DNA of 40,974 nt, taken from a virus. Lineage: Duplodnaviria; Caudoviricetes. Made by a program: the position numbers and the translations under genes. Every line of letters starts with the position of its first letter. The first letter of the stretch is position 1. Below, piece after piece: positions 17,176 to 26,620 of this stretch. The notes below the pieces were generated by a model. The model saw nothing but the letters and a program-made list of their open reading frames with translations. It did no database searches and had not been told where the DNA came from. The DNA is taken from the IMG/VR virus record IMGVR_UViG_3300004241_000009, positions 1 through 40,974 of that record; one strand, given 5' to 3'.

Positions 17176-18867
17176 TTACCCGCCTATGAGTTGCTTTGCC
17201 TGCTCTACGCCTCCCACGTTCTTGACCACTTGGCTGCCTGCCTGCATAGCTTCCATTTGCATGGCGGCCTGTTGAGCTTCGGCGCGTTGTGCTCTGATTT
17301 CCTCTACTTTCTCGTCGGAGAAGATCCAGTTAATCGGCATGCCGTTGTTGGCTGCGCTCTCTTTGGTGATGGTCCCAAAGTCGTAATAATCCAGAATCTC
17401 AGGGCGAGCCTGGGCAATCAGCATATCCATCTCCATTTGACGCTGATAGCCGATGTTGCGTAGTTGCTTGATTGCCAGCGCGAGACGTGAGTTATAGGAG
17501 ACGGCAGGGTCAGCTACCGTTGCTGTGCCACCTTCAACCTTAACAATGGCCTCAGGTGGGGGGTCTGGAAGCAACTTATTCTCAGCGGCGAGGTTAAACA
17601 GACGCTTCAAAAGGGGCGTCAGCTTCTCAGTGATGAGACGGGAGAAGGCGGGGGAAATGAGGGTGATCTTCTCGCTTGCTCGCTCTGCCACTTCTCGCGC
17701 TGTCATCTGACGATCCAAGCCTTGGAACATCATGAACATGTCTTTGTGGAACTTGGCGTTGATTGCCTCTTGCCGCATCTTGATGCGATCCTCGCCCACC
17801 TGATACTGCCCTTGTGCCTGCAAAACCTCTGGCTTAATGTAGTCAGGTTCAACGTAGGTAATGCCACCTGGAGAGAGGACAATCTCGCCTTCCAGTCTGG
17901 AATCCGCGATGAGAGCGGGCTTGATAGCCTTCTCTGCCGCGCAGTCCTGAATCATTTGCATGTGATTCACCTGTCGAACGTCAGGCAGCGCAGCGAATCC
18001 AGGGCCATAACCATAAGGCGATTTGTTCCCAAGGGCAGACCATTTCAGGTAACGACCAGGTGCAAAAGGGAAGGTATCATAGCCGCCCTCTTGAACGAGA
18101 TGCTTGCTGGTCGTTTCAACATAGCAGGAAGCGAAAGCTTTGCCGTAGGAGGCGGAGCGTCCAACCGGATCTTTAGGCCGCTCAGACTCAGCGCGAGGAT
18201 AGACCGCATGAATAAACGTAAAACGAGTGTCAATCTTGGATGTGTCTGCGAGGCAATCCAGCACCTTTTTAGGCAGATTCTCCTCTCCGAACTTCTCTTT
18301 GGCCTGTCGGGCAGTCAGAACAATCTCGCGGAAAAGCGTATCAATCTCGCCCTCTGCGTTCTCCTCGATGGCGAAACTACCCACGGGCAAGGATTCAAAC
18401 GAGTAACGCCCGTTTTCCATGCTAGAATAAAGGGCAGAGGTGCCAAACGTGCAGTGATTCAGAAGATCCTCATGGTTTTCTGAGTAAAAGTTGGAGTTGG
18501 CAAGAAGCTCTTGAACACGCTCAGAACAAGCTAGAAGCCAACGCCGCACAGGGTCAGACTCTCGCAGGCCGAATACAGGCTCGAAAGTGAACCAAACCTC
18601 ATTCGCTGGCGTGGTCCATGACATCAGCCCCCCCGCCATCGTCATGGCCGCATCCTGCCCGGTGGTGTCAAAAAGAATTGCCTCCTTGTTCGTGTTGGGC
18701 GTGTAGGTGACGGCAGAAATGCCAGCTTTACGCGGCATCAGGTAATCAGCAAGCTCTTGCCACTGAGTGCGCCAGATTTGTAGGTCAGTGCTAAGAGCCT
18801 GCCACCTGTCCATGATGGATTTGGCTTTGCTCTCGCTCTGTGTGACTGGCGGGCTAGGGTTCTCCAT
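17176..18867 (-). CDS. Portal (head-to-tail connector) protein
   Basis: WQELADYLMP, FDTTG, SNFY, FGTSALY, SPYGYGPG.AALPDVRQ and MTAREVAERASEK motifs. The likely start is ATG 18867 (the track starts at 18894). Confidence 0.93.
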   Translation of the reverse strand: MENPSPPVTQSESKAKSIMDRWQALSTDLQIWRTQWQELADYLMPRKAGISAVTYTPNTNKEAILFDTTGQDAAMTMAGGLMSWTTPANEVWFTFEPVFGLRESDPVRRWLLACSERVQELLANSNFYSENHEDLLNHCTFGTSALYSSMENGRYSFESLPVGSFAIEENAEGEIDTLFREIVLTARQAKEKFGEENLPKKVLDCLADTSKIDTRFTFIHAVYPRAESERPKDPVGRSASYGKAFASCYVETTSKHLVQEGGYDTFPFAPGRYLKWSALGNKSPYGYGPGFAALPDVRQVNHMQMIQDCAAEKAIKPALIADSRLEGEIVLSPGGITYVEPDYIKPEVLQAQGQYQVGEDRIKMRQEAINAKFHKDMFMMFQGLDRQMTAREVAERASEKITLISPAFSRLITEKLTPLLKRLFNLAAENKLLPDPPPEAIVKVEGGTATVADPAVSYNSRLALAIKQLRNIGYQRQMEMDMLIAQARPEILDYYDFGTITKESAANNGMPINWIFSDEKVEEIRAQRAEAQQAAMQMEAMQAGSQVVKNVGGVEQAKQLIGG

Positions 18868-19063
18868 TGTAAACGGGGGAGGTTGCGGCACCAAGTTTCG
18901 TGCGTGTGCCTAGCATAGTCGGCTGCGGAGTGACTAGAAGCGTGTCTTGAATGCCTTTCTTGCGTCGGGCAGAGGTGGCAACGTCGCCTTCGGGCTGCAA
19001 ATCAGGGCGAACTGGCGCGGTGATTGGTGGCGGTGGATCTGGTTTTTTAGCGGAGCCTCCCAT
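18854..19063 (-). CDS. Small Pro-rich virion protein upstream of the portal
   Basis: MGGSAKKPDPPPP...RRKKGIQDTLL...TKLG, a pattern typical of genes preceding podovirus portals. Confidence 0.65.
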   Translation of the reverse strand: MGGSAKKPDPPPPITAPVRPDLQPEGDVATSARRKKGIQDTLLVTPQPTMLGTRTKLGAATSPVYNGEP

Positions 19064-19076
19064 AATTCGGGCATTT

Positions 19077-19436
19077 TTACGCTTCTGACGTGAAAAGGCA
19101 AGCGGAGTTTTTGCGGCGTAGCTTCTCGTAGCTCAACCAATGGATGCGCCCGCCATCCTCCCGGCAGAATCCGAGCCACTGTTTGTTGGCCACTGGATCA
19201 AGATTCACAAACTCCGCCACGCTCCCGACCGCCAATGTGATGAACCACGCGCTCTGCTCACCCTGCCCGGTTGAGATGCCGTCAAATCCGTCTCCAACGC
19301 GATAGCCAGGGAGGGCGAGGATAAAGCTCTCAGGCGAGCACCAAACGTAGCCATGGGCCATGTGGTGAGCTAGCTGGGCATCGAAGTCCATCCCAAGGCG
19401 CAGGCACTCGTTCAGGGCGCGTTGATAGGCGTTCAC
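19077..19436 (-). CDS. Hypothetical protein
   Basis: 119 aa, overlapping the TerL stop by 4 nt. Confidence 0.65.
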   Translation of the reverse strand: MNAYQRALNECLRLGMDFDAQLAHHMAHGYVWCSPESFILALPGYRVGDGFDGISTGQGEQSAWFITLAVGSVAEFVNLDPVANKQWLGFCREDGGRIHWLSYEKLRRKNSACLFTSEA

Positions 19437-20758
19437 CCGTAACCTCCTCGGAAGCTGAACTTTGCCTGCTGCCTATTCTTTGGCCGCTCGTCATACATGC
19501 GTTCAATCATCGGGGCGGCAATCTTGATCCATCCAAGCTGGAATGCTTCAGCCATATACCTAAGAGCATCTGCCGTATGCGAAGAATAATCATGCACGGG
19601 CTGATTGGAGATGATCTTGCCAATCTCTACTTCCTTGGTGTGGTAAGCCTCCAAGGCTGCAAGGCCGATGTCGCAATGCGGAGTGCGGAAAGCGAGCGAT
19701 GGCATGAGTCCTTTAAGCCCGTTGATGCCCACCCAAATATCAGGCGTGCGGGGGAGCACTCGGACTCCTGCAAGGCCCGTGGCATTTAATTCGCGGACAA
19801 ACGTATATCCTGTGCTCTCAGCCTGATTTGCATCATGGGGCAGGATATGCGTCCCGAACGGGTAGCCCTTCGCCTTCATGTGGGCGACGCGCTTAGTGAG
19901 CGTGTCGAAGTCTAGGCCAATATCCACGTCAATAATGCGAATTTCCCGCCCCACCACTTGAAAATACCAGACCGTTGTGTTCGCTGGGCTGCCAAGATCC
20001 CAGCTTGTGTGAACGAGCGAGTCAGCTAAGGCAAAGGAGGCCACGCGGCCCTCAGCGTAGGCAGCCTCGATTAGCTTGGCGTAGATGGCTCCAGGGCGGC
20101 CAATGTTAAAATCACACTCCATCTCCTGGGCGTAGGAGTCGGGGGAGAGCTTCGCCTTCATCACGGCCAGGGCGTCAGGAGACAGAATCCCGCTCTCGCT
20201 AGCCTTGAGCATCAGCGCGTATGAGTCAGGGTCGCTCTGTGCGTTGCGGAACGCTTTGTGGAACACGTTCTTTCCTTTTGGGGTGCCGATGCGGCAATGC
20301 CAGCCACCGTAGTCGAGCAAGCAAGGCAGGATGACAAAATCGAACGCCTGGGCTGGAATGTCGGCATCCTCATCACTCACCACTCCATCGAAGTAAAGGC
20401 CTCTCATCCGCTCGTAGTTCTCACCGGAATAGAGACGGATCACCGCTTTGTTCAAAAACACGATCTTCAACTCGCTTTCATTGATGACTGAGCCAGGAAT
20501 CTTGCTTGCGTAGTCCTTGAGGTAGGCCCAAGCGATGTCTTTAGCTTGGTCGCGAGTGGGGGCGATGTAGGCATATCTCAGCGGCGGCCCTGCCCTCTTG
20601 TGCGTTAGAGCGCATTTAACGAGCTTCTGGACCACCGCCACAGTCTTCCCGGCCCTTCGATGAGCCACAAGCACCGACCAGCGTTTAGAGCTTTCCAGGA
20701 ACTCCCTAAACTGTGGGCGCGGCTTAATCGTCACCTGTACTTTCTGCGTTGCCACCAA
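19433..20758 (-). CDS. terL: Terminase large subunit
   Basis: Walker A HRRAGKT, YIAPT..QAK, Walker B RGLYFDGVVSDE, GTPKGKN coupling motif, nuclease motifs SWDLG and SHTADALRY. Confidence 0.95.
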   Translation of the reverse strand: MVATQKVQVTIKPRPQFREFLESSKRWSVLVAHRRAGKTVAVVQKLVKCALTHKRAGPPLRYAYIAPTRDQAKDIAWAYLKDYASKIPGSVINESELKIVFLNKAVIRLYSGENYERMRGLYFDGVVSDEDADIPAQAFDFVILPCLLDYGGWHCRIGTPKGKNVFHKAFRNAQSDPDSYALMLKASESGILSPDALAVMKAKLSPDSYAQEMECDFNIGRPGAIYAKLIEAAYAEGRVASFALADSLVHTSWDLGSPANTTVWYFQVVGREIRIIDVDIGLDFDTLTKRVAHMKAKGYPFGTHILPHDANQAESTGYTFVRELNATGLAGVRVLPRTPDIWVGINGLKGLMPSLAFRTPHCDIGLAALEAYHTKEVEIGKIISNQPVHDYSSHTADALRYMAEAFQLGWIKIAAPMIERMYDERPKNRQQAKFSFRGGYG

Positions 20759-21137
20759 TGATGACTTCCACTTCTAGTTTGTGTTTCTCTGGCGCGTAGT
20801 AATCGCAAGCCTTGCCCACCTCAGCAAGTGCGCCTTTTGCGGCTGCAAAGTCCTCGGATTCCTCGGCAAGTCGGGCAATCCTGTGCATGGATTCCAGCCA
20901 TTTATCCTTGGAAAGATCAAATTTCTTGTCCGCTTTATTGGACACCTTTTCCTTTAAAGCGGAAATCCTGAGGGAAACCAGAGGAGAACGAGCAAGTGAT
21001 GGGCCTTCCGTTTCAACAGTCGCCGGACTTGCTTTTTTGCTGATGTTCTTTCGATAAGACTCAGCGGCAGACATACCTAAAGCCACGTCTTGAGCAAACG
21101 CTTCGTGCTTCGGGTTATCCAGGGCTGATGATGCCAT
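20724..21137 (-). CDS. terS: Terminase small subunit
   Basis: LDNPKHEAFAQDVALGMSAAESY HTH-type N-terminus, immediately upstream of TerL; likely start ATG 21137. Confidence 0.8.
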   Translation of the reverse strand: MASSALDNPKHEAFAQDVALGMSAAESYRKNISKKASPATVETEGPSLARSPLVSLRISALKEKVSNKADKKFDLSKDKWLESMHRIARLAEESEDFAAAKGALAEVGKACDYYAPEKHKLEVEVIIGGNAESTGDD

Positions 21138-21153
21138 AATCGCTAGCTTTGCG

Positions 21154-21354
21154 TCACAAAGGGGAGATGTCAAGAGGCTTTGAACGCTTAGGCGCTCCAC
21201 AAGACGGGCAACGATCCTCCCTGCTGAGGCTGTGGCAATATTCACAGCTAGAACCAACTGGGGCCGCCTCAATCAGACGAACGGAATCAAAGGCTTGTGA
21301 AAGCACTATGTCCCAGTTGTCCTCAAAAGAGCCTGCATAAAAGTCCGTCATCAT
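21154..21354 (-). CDS. Small zinc-ribbon protein
   Basis: CEYC...CPSCGAP; starts just downstream of a strong promoter. Confidence 0.55.
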   Translation of the reverse strand: MMTDFYAGSFEDNWDIVLSQAFDSVRLIEAAPVGSSCEYCHSLSREDRCPSCGAPKRSKPLDISPL

Positions 21355-21372
21355 ATCCTGCGTCGAAACTCG

Positions 21373-21402
21373 ATTTTACCCGGTTTATGGAAATTGTGTC
21401 AA
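21373..21402 (-). promoter_or_regulatory. Sigma70-like promoter at the head of the packaging/structural block
   Basis: TTGACA (21402-21397), 18-nt spacer, TAAAAT (21378-21373). Confidence 0.7.
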
Positions 21403-21404
21403 GA

Positions 21405-21650
21405 TTATTCGGTGGGCAGCCTCGCAATAGCCTTTTTGACCATATCGTGCAGAATGTGATCTAACGCATCTTGCTGCCCCAGTGTGAGACTTTGCCAACC
21501 ACTCCCTTCACGTATCACACCCCCAATATCCCTCCGAATCAGCGTCTTGACGTAGCTCGCCCACGAAGGATAGCCCATGTATTTTGCCCTCAGCACAGAC
21601 GCCTCTGCAAGGTCGTGCGAGATTTTGAATGATTTAGCTTTTTGTCCCAT
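21405..21650 (-). CDS. Ribbon-helix-helix-like DNA-binding protein (putative)
   Basis: MGQKAKSFKISHDLAEASVLRAKYMGYPSWASYVKTLIRRDI fits a strand-helix-G-helix pattern; likely start ATG 21650. Confidence 0.5.
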   Translation of the reverse strand: MGQKAKSFKISHDLAEASVLRAKYMGYPSWASYVKTLIRRDIGGVIREGSGWQSLTLGQQDALDHILHDMVKKAIARLPTE

Positions 21651-21654
21651 GATG

Positions 21655-21966
21655 TTATTTCCTTGGCAGTTTCTCCGGCGCGTCTGCGGGTCGCCAGCCG
21701 ATGATTTCAGGCTGCAAGGCAGTCTCCAAGGTCTCCACTGCCCACGGCCAGTTCCATGCGCCAAGCTTAGGCGGTTGCTGGCATTTCATGCCGGGGAGAA
21801 CTTCTGTGATAGCCTTCCTCAACCTCTCCCCCTCAGCCCTGGCCTCGTCGCGCTGGGTTTCGATGGCGCTCATAAACTGTTCACATTTTTCTGCCCAATC
21901 TTCATACGTGGAGCAATAGCCCTTCATGTTGGCCCAAAATGTCTCAGTCTCAGGTGTCTTACTCAT
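21655..21966 (-). CDS. Hypothetical protein
   Basis: 103 aa with SKTPET and RDEARAE coil; translationally coupled. Confidence 0.65.
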   Translation of the reverse strand: MSKTPETETFWANMKGYCSTYEDWAEKCEQFMSAIETQRDEARAEGERLRKAITEVLPGMKCQQPPKLGAWNWPWAVETLETALQPEIIGWRPADAPEKLPRK

Positions 21967-22409
21967 ACTTTTTCAGGTTGGTTATTGCGAGCGGCGAGCA
22001 TGGCGTCTGCGTAGAGGTACGCACCATTTGCGGCACTTGATAAAAGCTCTGACTCCATCGCCTCTTCTCTGTTAGCCGATTGATTTACTCTGTAAGGTAT
22101 TTTAGCCACGATGCCTGTCAACGCAGCCATAGCAAACTTGTCACGCAGGATTTCCCGCGCTTCTGCCCTCGCCTCATCACGTTCACGCAGGGCTTTGTTT
22201 AGTGCCTCGCGTGTGATGGGTTCGTGCAGCGTCACCTCCTCCTGCTTGGTGATGGGGACGGCGTAGTATTCTTTATACCAATCAGCAGACTGGCCTATAT
22301 TTTCTGCCGGTATCCAATCCTCTCCGTATTTGCAAACAAGCGTCCCCTCCGGCAAGCATTGCATTTCCTCGTCGGTTGGCTCTCTGTGTGTTGGTGGGCG
22401 TGGGGTCAT
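21963..22409 (-). CDS. Hypothetical protein
   Basis: LRDKFAMAALTG...AYLYADAMLAAR, a common small phage module; likely start ATG 22409. Confidence 0.7.
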   Translation of the reverse strand: MTPRPPTHREPTDEEMQCLPEGTLVCKYGEDWIPAENIGQSADWYKEYYAVPITKQEEVTLHEPITREALNKALRERDEARAEAREILRDKFAMAALTGIVAKIPYRVNQSANREEAMESELLSSAANGAYLYADAMLAARNNQPEKV

Positions 22410-22413
22410 GGTG

Positions 22414-22605
22414 TTAGACAAGATCGTTGATTGCTTCTTGACGCTGCTCCTTAACAAGAGCGGTCAGCTCTTTTCGGAACCTCCTAATGGAACCGCGTCC
22501 CATCGGCTCGTTCATGAAAATGAATTGTTGAAGGGCGGTCCTGTTTTTTGCTTTTTGGCAAGCGTCCCAGTTTGGCAGTTTGAATGGCTTTTCTTTCATA
22601 ATCAT
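22414..22605 (-). CDS. Hypothetical protein
   Basis: 63 aa in the minus-strand gene run. Confidence 0.5.
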   Translation of the reverse strand: MIMKEKPFKLPNWDACQKAKNRTALQQFIFMNEPMGRGSIRRFRKELTALVKEQRQEAINDLV

Positions 22606-22638
22606 CTCCGCGTGGTCGAATGCGCGGCCCTCGTTTGG

Positions 22639-23253
22639 TTACTTGGATTTGGCGAGTTTCCCCGCTTTGAAACTAAGCCAAAGCATTTCTGTTGCACGGT
22701 CTTCATAGGTAATGACCGATGTTGTTGGGTGCAACTTTAGCTCTCTATCTCCATAGCCCCTTGGTCTAACCCACTCCTCAAACCTCTGCCTCTCCTCGGC
22801 TTCGGGGTCGGGCGTGGGGAGTTGGAGAAATATGTCAACTGCATAGGTGTCTATTTCATCGTGAGACTCCTCGCAGGAGTTAAGGTATTGCTCTCCTCCT
22901 CTTCCCACTTCGCAAGCGTAGTATCGCACACACCCCTCAGGCACCGTCTCTGGCATCTCCGCAATGGGCCGCAGCTTGCCAAGCGTTGACTCTGGGCGGT
23001 TGGCCAGGAAGTCGGTGAGGGCTGCTTTCACGCATTCATCGTCGCTTCCTCCGTCATATTTCACATAAATATCATCAAATCTTTTTACTTCTTCGTCAGT
23101 AATCATGTGTTGCATGGTAATAATCTCCGTCTGTTTGATTGGAATTTCTGTCATGTAGCAGCAAGCGATATGTGGGCAGCCCAACTTTCCGCTGGCTAGA
23201 TTGATGCCCATTGTAGTGCCGCAGGCTGGGCAGGTGTTACTTGATGGCGTCAT
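22639..23253 (-). CDS. Hypothetical protein with an N-terminal Zn ribbon
   Basis: CPAC...CPHIAC; likely start ATG 23253. Confidence 0.6.
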   Translation of the reverse strand: MTPSSNTCPACGTTMGINLASGKLGCPHIACCYMTEIPIKQTEIITMQHMITDEEVKRFDDIYVKYDGGSDDECVKAALTDFLANRPESTLGKLRPIAEMPETVPEGCVRYYACEVGRGGEQYLNSCEESHDEIDTYAVDIFLQLPTPDPEAEERQRFEEWVRPRGYGDRELKLHPTTSVITYEDRATEMLWLSFKAGKLAKSK

Positions 23254-23506
23254 AATAGATGGCGGCTGATTCTGCGGACACATAAAGAGGATGCTCTGGC
23301 ATACGGGTGCGTTGCATTTGCTCAGTGAGCATATCCGTAGCCTGCTCATACCGAGCGGCAGCTTTATCCCATTGCGGGGACTGTGTGCCGTGGTCAATTT
23401 GAGCGTCATTCATTGCCCGCTCTGCGCGACGGCGCATTGCACTGACAGTAAGAAACGCTTTTTGACGCGATGGAGTGAGTTCGGTGAATGGGATGATGTG
23501 TTGCAT
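23237..23506 (-). CDS. Hypothetical protein
   Basis: 89 aa with a CATCAC leader, downstream of the promoter at 23534-23562. Confidence 0.6.
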   Translation of the reverse strand: MQHIIPFTELTPSRQKAFLTVSAMRRRAERAMNDAQIDHGTQSPQWDKAAARYEQATDMLTEQMQRTRMPEHPLYVSAESAAIYYDAIK

Positions 23507-23518
23507 AGGTGTGATGTG

Positions 23519-23665
23519 TTAAACTGACTTCTGATTGTTGCCCTTACCCGTCATCCCGTCAAACTGTATTTGCACAAAGTTTGTCAGGCGGTCTAGCGCA
23601 GTATCCACAAGAGCGTTATCCGCCTCGATCTGCGCAGGCGTGGGGAGGTAGGTTTGCCAGTTCAT
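23519..23665 (-). CDS. Hypothetical protein
   Basis: MNWQTYLPTPAQIEADN..., ATGA-coupled to the upstream gene. Confidence 0.45.
   Translation of the reverse strand: MNWQTYLPTPAQIEADNALVDTALDRLTNFVQIQFDGMTGKGNNQKSV
23534..23562 (-). promoter_or_regulatory. Promoter with tandem ACGG repeat (class A)
   Basis: TTGACG-GGAT-GACGGG...AACAAT, 17-nt spacer. Confidence 0.55.
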
Positions 23666-23871
23666 GGTGTTTTTAGCGGGATGTGTTCGGCTGGGTCTAA
23701 TCCAGCTTTGATGCATATTTCATGTGAGGATGTGGAGCCGTAGCCGAAAGCGTGTCCAACTACGGACCAAAGCGGCAGCCCTCGAAATCGGCGTGTGTTG
23801 CGAACCATGCTGGCAATACTGCAAATCATGCAGCGTAGCCGCTCGGGTGGAATAGAGTCTAAATCGTTCAT
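23662..23871 (-). CDS. Hypothetical protein
   Basis: 69 aa with PLWSVVGHAFGYGSTSSHEIC..AGLDP. Confidence 0.6.
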   Translation of the reverse strand: MNDLDSIPPERLRCMICSIASMVRNTRRFRGLPLWSVVGHAFGYGSTSSHEICIKAGLDPAEHIPLKTP

Positions 23872-23901
23872 AATGCGTGCGTGTAGGTGTAGCGATGGGG
23901 G

Positions 23902-25314
23902 TTACTCTTGCGGTGCTTGTTCAAAGCGAAATTGCGCTCCGTGGAAAATAAGCGGGATGATTTGGAATCGCTTTCCTCCTCGGTTCTTTGCCACAAAAAG
24001 GTTGCGGCGGCGGTCATCTTCGGGTGTTAGCTGGGCCTCTTTAGCCTTCTGCCAAGCTGGCGTCTTTTTCCCTGCGTCAGCCTTCACTCGTTCGATCTTG
24101 AGTGAGATGTCTGAATCGTTTTCGATGTCCATTCCTTCGCGGGCATCTCCATCCTTGTTCACTTGGGATGGCGCGAGGATTGTGCATTTGTTCACCTTGG
24201 CACAATCTTTGATGCTTTGGGTGACATAAGCGATTTGAAGCTGACGACTTTTGAAATCTTTAGCGGTCTGGCAAAGTTGGATATAGTCAATCTCCACAAT
24301 CAGCTTCTGCCCCGGCTTGCAATTCTTTTTCTGGCGTTTGATGTCGCGTAGAATCTGCTCAAGACGCTTTCCGGCCACGTCCACAATGCGCAAATCCCAC
24401 TCACGCTGGATCTTCCGCACGGCAGAGACAAAAGAATCTTGGTTCGCCCGGTTATCAAACATCCCCATTGTCACCTCGTCGGAATCCACCTTGGCCTGGG
24501 AACAGAGAACGCGGGTAGCCTCTTCCTCATCCATCATCTCATAAGTGTAGATGATGCATTTATGGCCCTGGTCGCAGGCGTTTTCGATGATCTGGCGACA
24601 AAGCGAGCTTTTCCCATCGGAACTCATAGCCAGGATTGACCAGAATCGGCCATCTTGTAGGCCACCTGAAACCTTGTCTAGGCCGGGAATGCCCGTGCTC
24701 ACGCCTAGCAGCTTCCCTGGATTTGCTCCACGGTCACAGCTTCTTTCAATCACGTCTGTGATGACCTGGGCAATGGGTCGGCTTGGCAGTTCCGCTGAAT
24801 CGCTTTCAAGGTCAATCGCTAGCACGCGATTCTTGGCTATTTCCAGGGCGCTAGGCAGGTCTGAATTGCCGTCGAGTCCAAAGTCCTGCATGTCTTTGAT
24901 GGACTGCGCCAGAGCGCGGATTGTTTCGCGGCGACTAAAAGCCTGGGCGACAATCCCTCGATAGTAGGGATAGTGAGACGGCACTGGAATGAATGTCTGC
25001 CATTCCATGATCTGCGATGGGCCGCCGATTTGATCCAGTTTGTTTTGCAGGCGGAGGGCGTTTGTAACGCTGGTGTAATCAATCAGTTGTCCAAGGCTGC
25101 GCATGGCCAGCATCAGGGCCGAAACCTGCCTTGTAGAGTCCATGTGGAATGCTTCGGGAGCAAGTGGGTTGTCGTCGAGATGTTCGGGATTCTGCATGTA
25201 GCAGGAAATCACCGCGTTCTCCGCCTCCTCAGAAAATGGGAGAGGCTTGTTAATTCCGGCTAGCAGTTCGTCTGCTTGCGCGGGTTGGTCGTGAGTTCGT
25301 CCAAAAAGGTTCAT
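23902..25314 (-). CDS. dnaB: DnaB-like replicative helicase
   Basis: N-terminal P.SEEAE.AVI, GVSTGIPGLDKVSGGLQDG, Walker A AMSSDGKS, YEM, IDYIQL, SQVN, IENDSD and VAKNRGG motifs. Confidence 0.93.
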   Translation of the reverse strand: MNLFGRTHDQPAQADELLAGINKPLPFSEEAENAVISCYMQNPEHLDDNPLAPEAFHMDSTRQVSALMLAMRSLGQLIDYTSVTNALRLQNKLDQIGGPSQIMEWQTFIPVPSHYPYYRGIVAQAFSRRETIRALAQSIKDMQDFGLDGNSDLPSALEIAKNRVLAIDLESDSAELPSRPIAQVITDVIERSCDRGANPGKLLGVSTGIPGLDKVSGGLQDGRFWSILAMSSDGKSSLCRQIIENACDQGHKCIIYTYEMMDEEEATRVLCSQAKVDSDEVTMGMFDNRANQDSFVSAVRKIQREWDLRIVDVAGKRLEQILRDIKRQKKNCKPGQKLIVEIDYIQLCQTAKDFKSRQLQIAYVTQSIKDCAKVNKCTILAPSQVNKDGDAREGMDIENDSDISLKIERVKADAGKKTPAWQKAKEAQLTPEDDRRRNLFVAKNRGGKRFQIIPLIFHGAQFRFEQAPQE

Positions 25315-26060
25315 CGGCGTTTATCTCTTTCAGGGTCGTAGTTTTTGGCGCGGTCAACTTCACCGTTCCAGTTGTTGAGCAGGGTTTGAAGATCCTTACG
25401 GAGGTATGGGCACCCTGATTCGGTGTAGAACCATTTCACCGCCTCGAAATCCTCCGCATTGATGGGCTGAACTGTTTTCCAAGCCTTTAGTTCTTTTGCG
25501 CTCCATTCAGTTGTGGAGCGACGGGAGAACCATGAAGCGACTTCGATTTGCTGCTCGCTTGGGTTCCAGCCTTTCATGGCCACCTCATCACAAAGAGAAA
25601 GGAGAGAAACGGAAGTTGAAGAGGAAGAAGAAGATGAAGGGGTTGATTTTTGGTTAACTGGGGTGGTTGGATTTTGGTTAACCAAAAGAGGGTTTCCACC
25701 CAATTTCCCTATGTTTCGCCGGATTTCACACAGCTTTTCGTCTGCCACCATCCGCTTGTTGTAAATGGCTCCATCCTCTTCCCTTATCCTAGCGACCCCA
25801 TATTTTACCAGTTTGGTTAGCACGTCGGTTAGCTTTTGGTTATCCAAACCGAGTAAACGGGCAAGCGCATCTTCTGGCATTGGTTGGCCATTCAGAAGCA
25901 AAACGCCCCTCTGTTCTGACTCATGCATGAGACAAAGCATCTCATGCCAGATTCCACGGGCCTCATAATCCAAGGCTTGCACAGCAGGATCTTTCCTCCA
26001 GTCAGCCGGGTAAAACTGAAAGGATGGCATCTTGCCAGCATTCTTTTTTGGCTTTTTCAA
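25311..26060 (-). CDS. Phage replication initiator (lambda O/DnaD-like architecture)
   Basis: PSFQFYPADW...L..EARG.W..MLCLM N-domain, Ser-rich linker and C-domain; directly upstream of DnaB. Confidence 0.8.
   Translation of the reverse strand: MKKPKKNAGKMPSFQFYPADWRKDPAVQALDYEARGIWHEMLCLMHESEQRGVLLLNGQPMPEDALARLLGLDNQKLTDVLTKLVKYGVARIREEDGAIYNKRMVADEKLCEIRRNIGKLGGNPLLVNQNPTTPVNQKSTPSSSSSSSTSVSLLSLCDEVAMKGWNPSEQQIEVASWFSRRSTTEWSAKELKAWKTVQPINAEDFEAVKWFYTESGCPYLRKDLQTLLNNWNGEVDRAKNYDPERDKRR
25648..25845. repeat. Candidate replication-origin iterons inside the initiator gene
   Basis: TTTGGTTA at about 25649, 25673, 25812 and 25835; perfect 16-bp palindrome TTTTGGTTAACCAAAA at 25672-25687. Confidence 0.5.
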
Positions 26061-26608
26061 GTAAGCTCTCCTTTCTCAATCTTGCGCTTTCTGATTCCGC
26101 AGACATAGCGGGCAATGTCGTTATCTTTTTTGGAGCCGATCATTCTTTCCGCAATACCCACCCAGTCCATCACTTCTTCGACTCCGTGGATTTCAGCAAA
26201 GTTGACAAGCATGGTTGCCGCGTTCTTTTTCATCTCTTCGCGCCCGAACGTGTCACACCAATGATTGACTAGAGTTTGACGTAGCCGCTTCTTCGCCCTG
26301 ACTGCCGCTCTCGCCTGCTTTGCCAAGGCCATCAAATCGGCCCGCTCTTGTGCAATTTTAGCCCGGTCTTCATCACTAAGACCCATCGGCAGCATGTGTG
26401 CAGATTTGCCCTGGTTGCAAGGTTCACAGGCTGAAATGAGGTTGTCATACTCGGATGAACCGCCCTCCTTAACCGGGATAATATGGTCAATCACAAGAGG
26501 ACTGATTGACGAGCTTTGCCCGCAATATCGGCATTTGAACTGATCTCTGGCGAATACCGCGAATCGAACAGACTTGCTGATATGTTGTCGCTTTGGTTTG
26601 GTTGGCAT
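26057..26608 (-). CDS. HNH endonuclease
   Basis: RFAVFARDQFKCRYCG...DHIIPVKEGG...NLISACEPCNQGK; likely start ATG 26608. Confidence 0.88.
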   Translation of the reverse strand: MPTKPKRQHISKSVRFAVFARDQFKCRYCGQSSSISPLVIDHIIPVKEGGSSEYDNLISACEPCNQGKSAHMLPMGLSDEDRAKIAQERADLMALAKQARAAVRAKKRLRQTLVNHWCDTFGREEMKKNAATMLVNFAEIHGVEEVMDWVGIAERMIGSKKDNDIARYVCGIRKRKIEKGELT

Positions 26609-26620
26609 AATCGGGAACAC

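Noticed and set aside
21835-22190. RDEARAE motif shared by adjacent ORFs
   Set aside because: A short coiled-coil motif common in small phage proteins, with no extended DNA repeat.
24605-24635. DnaB Walker A variant AMSSDGKS as a sign of inactivation
   Set aside because: GK(S), the catalytic Glu (YEM), the DYIQL Walker B and the KNR finger are intact.
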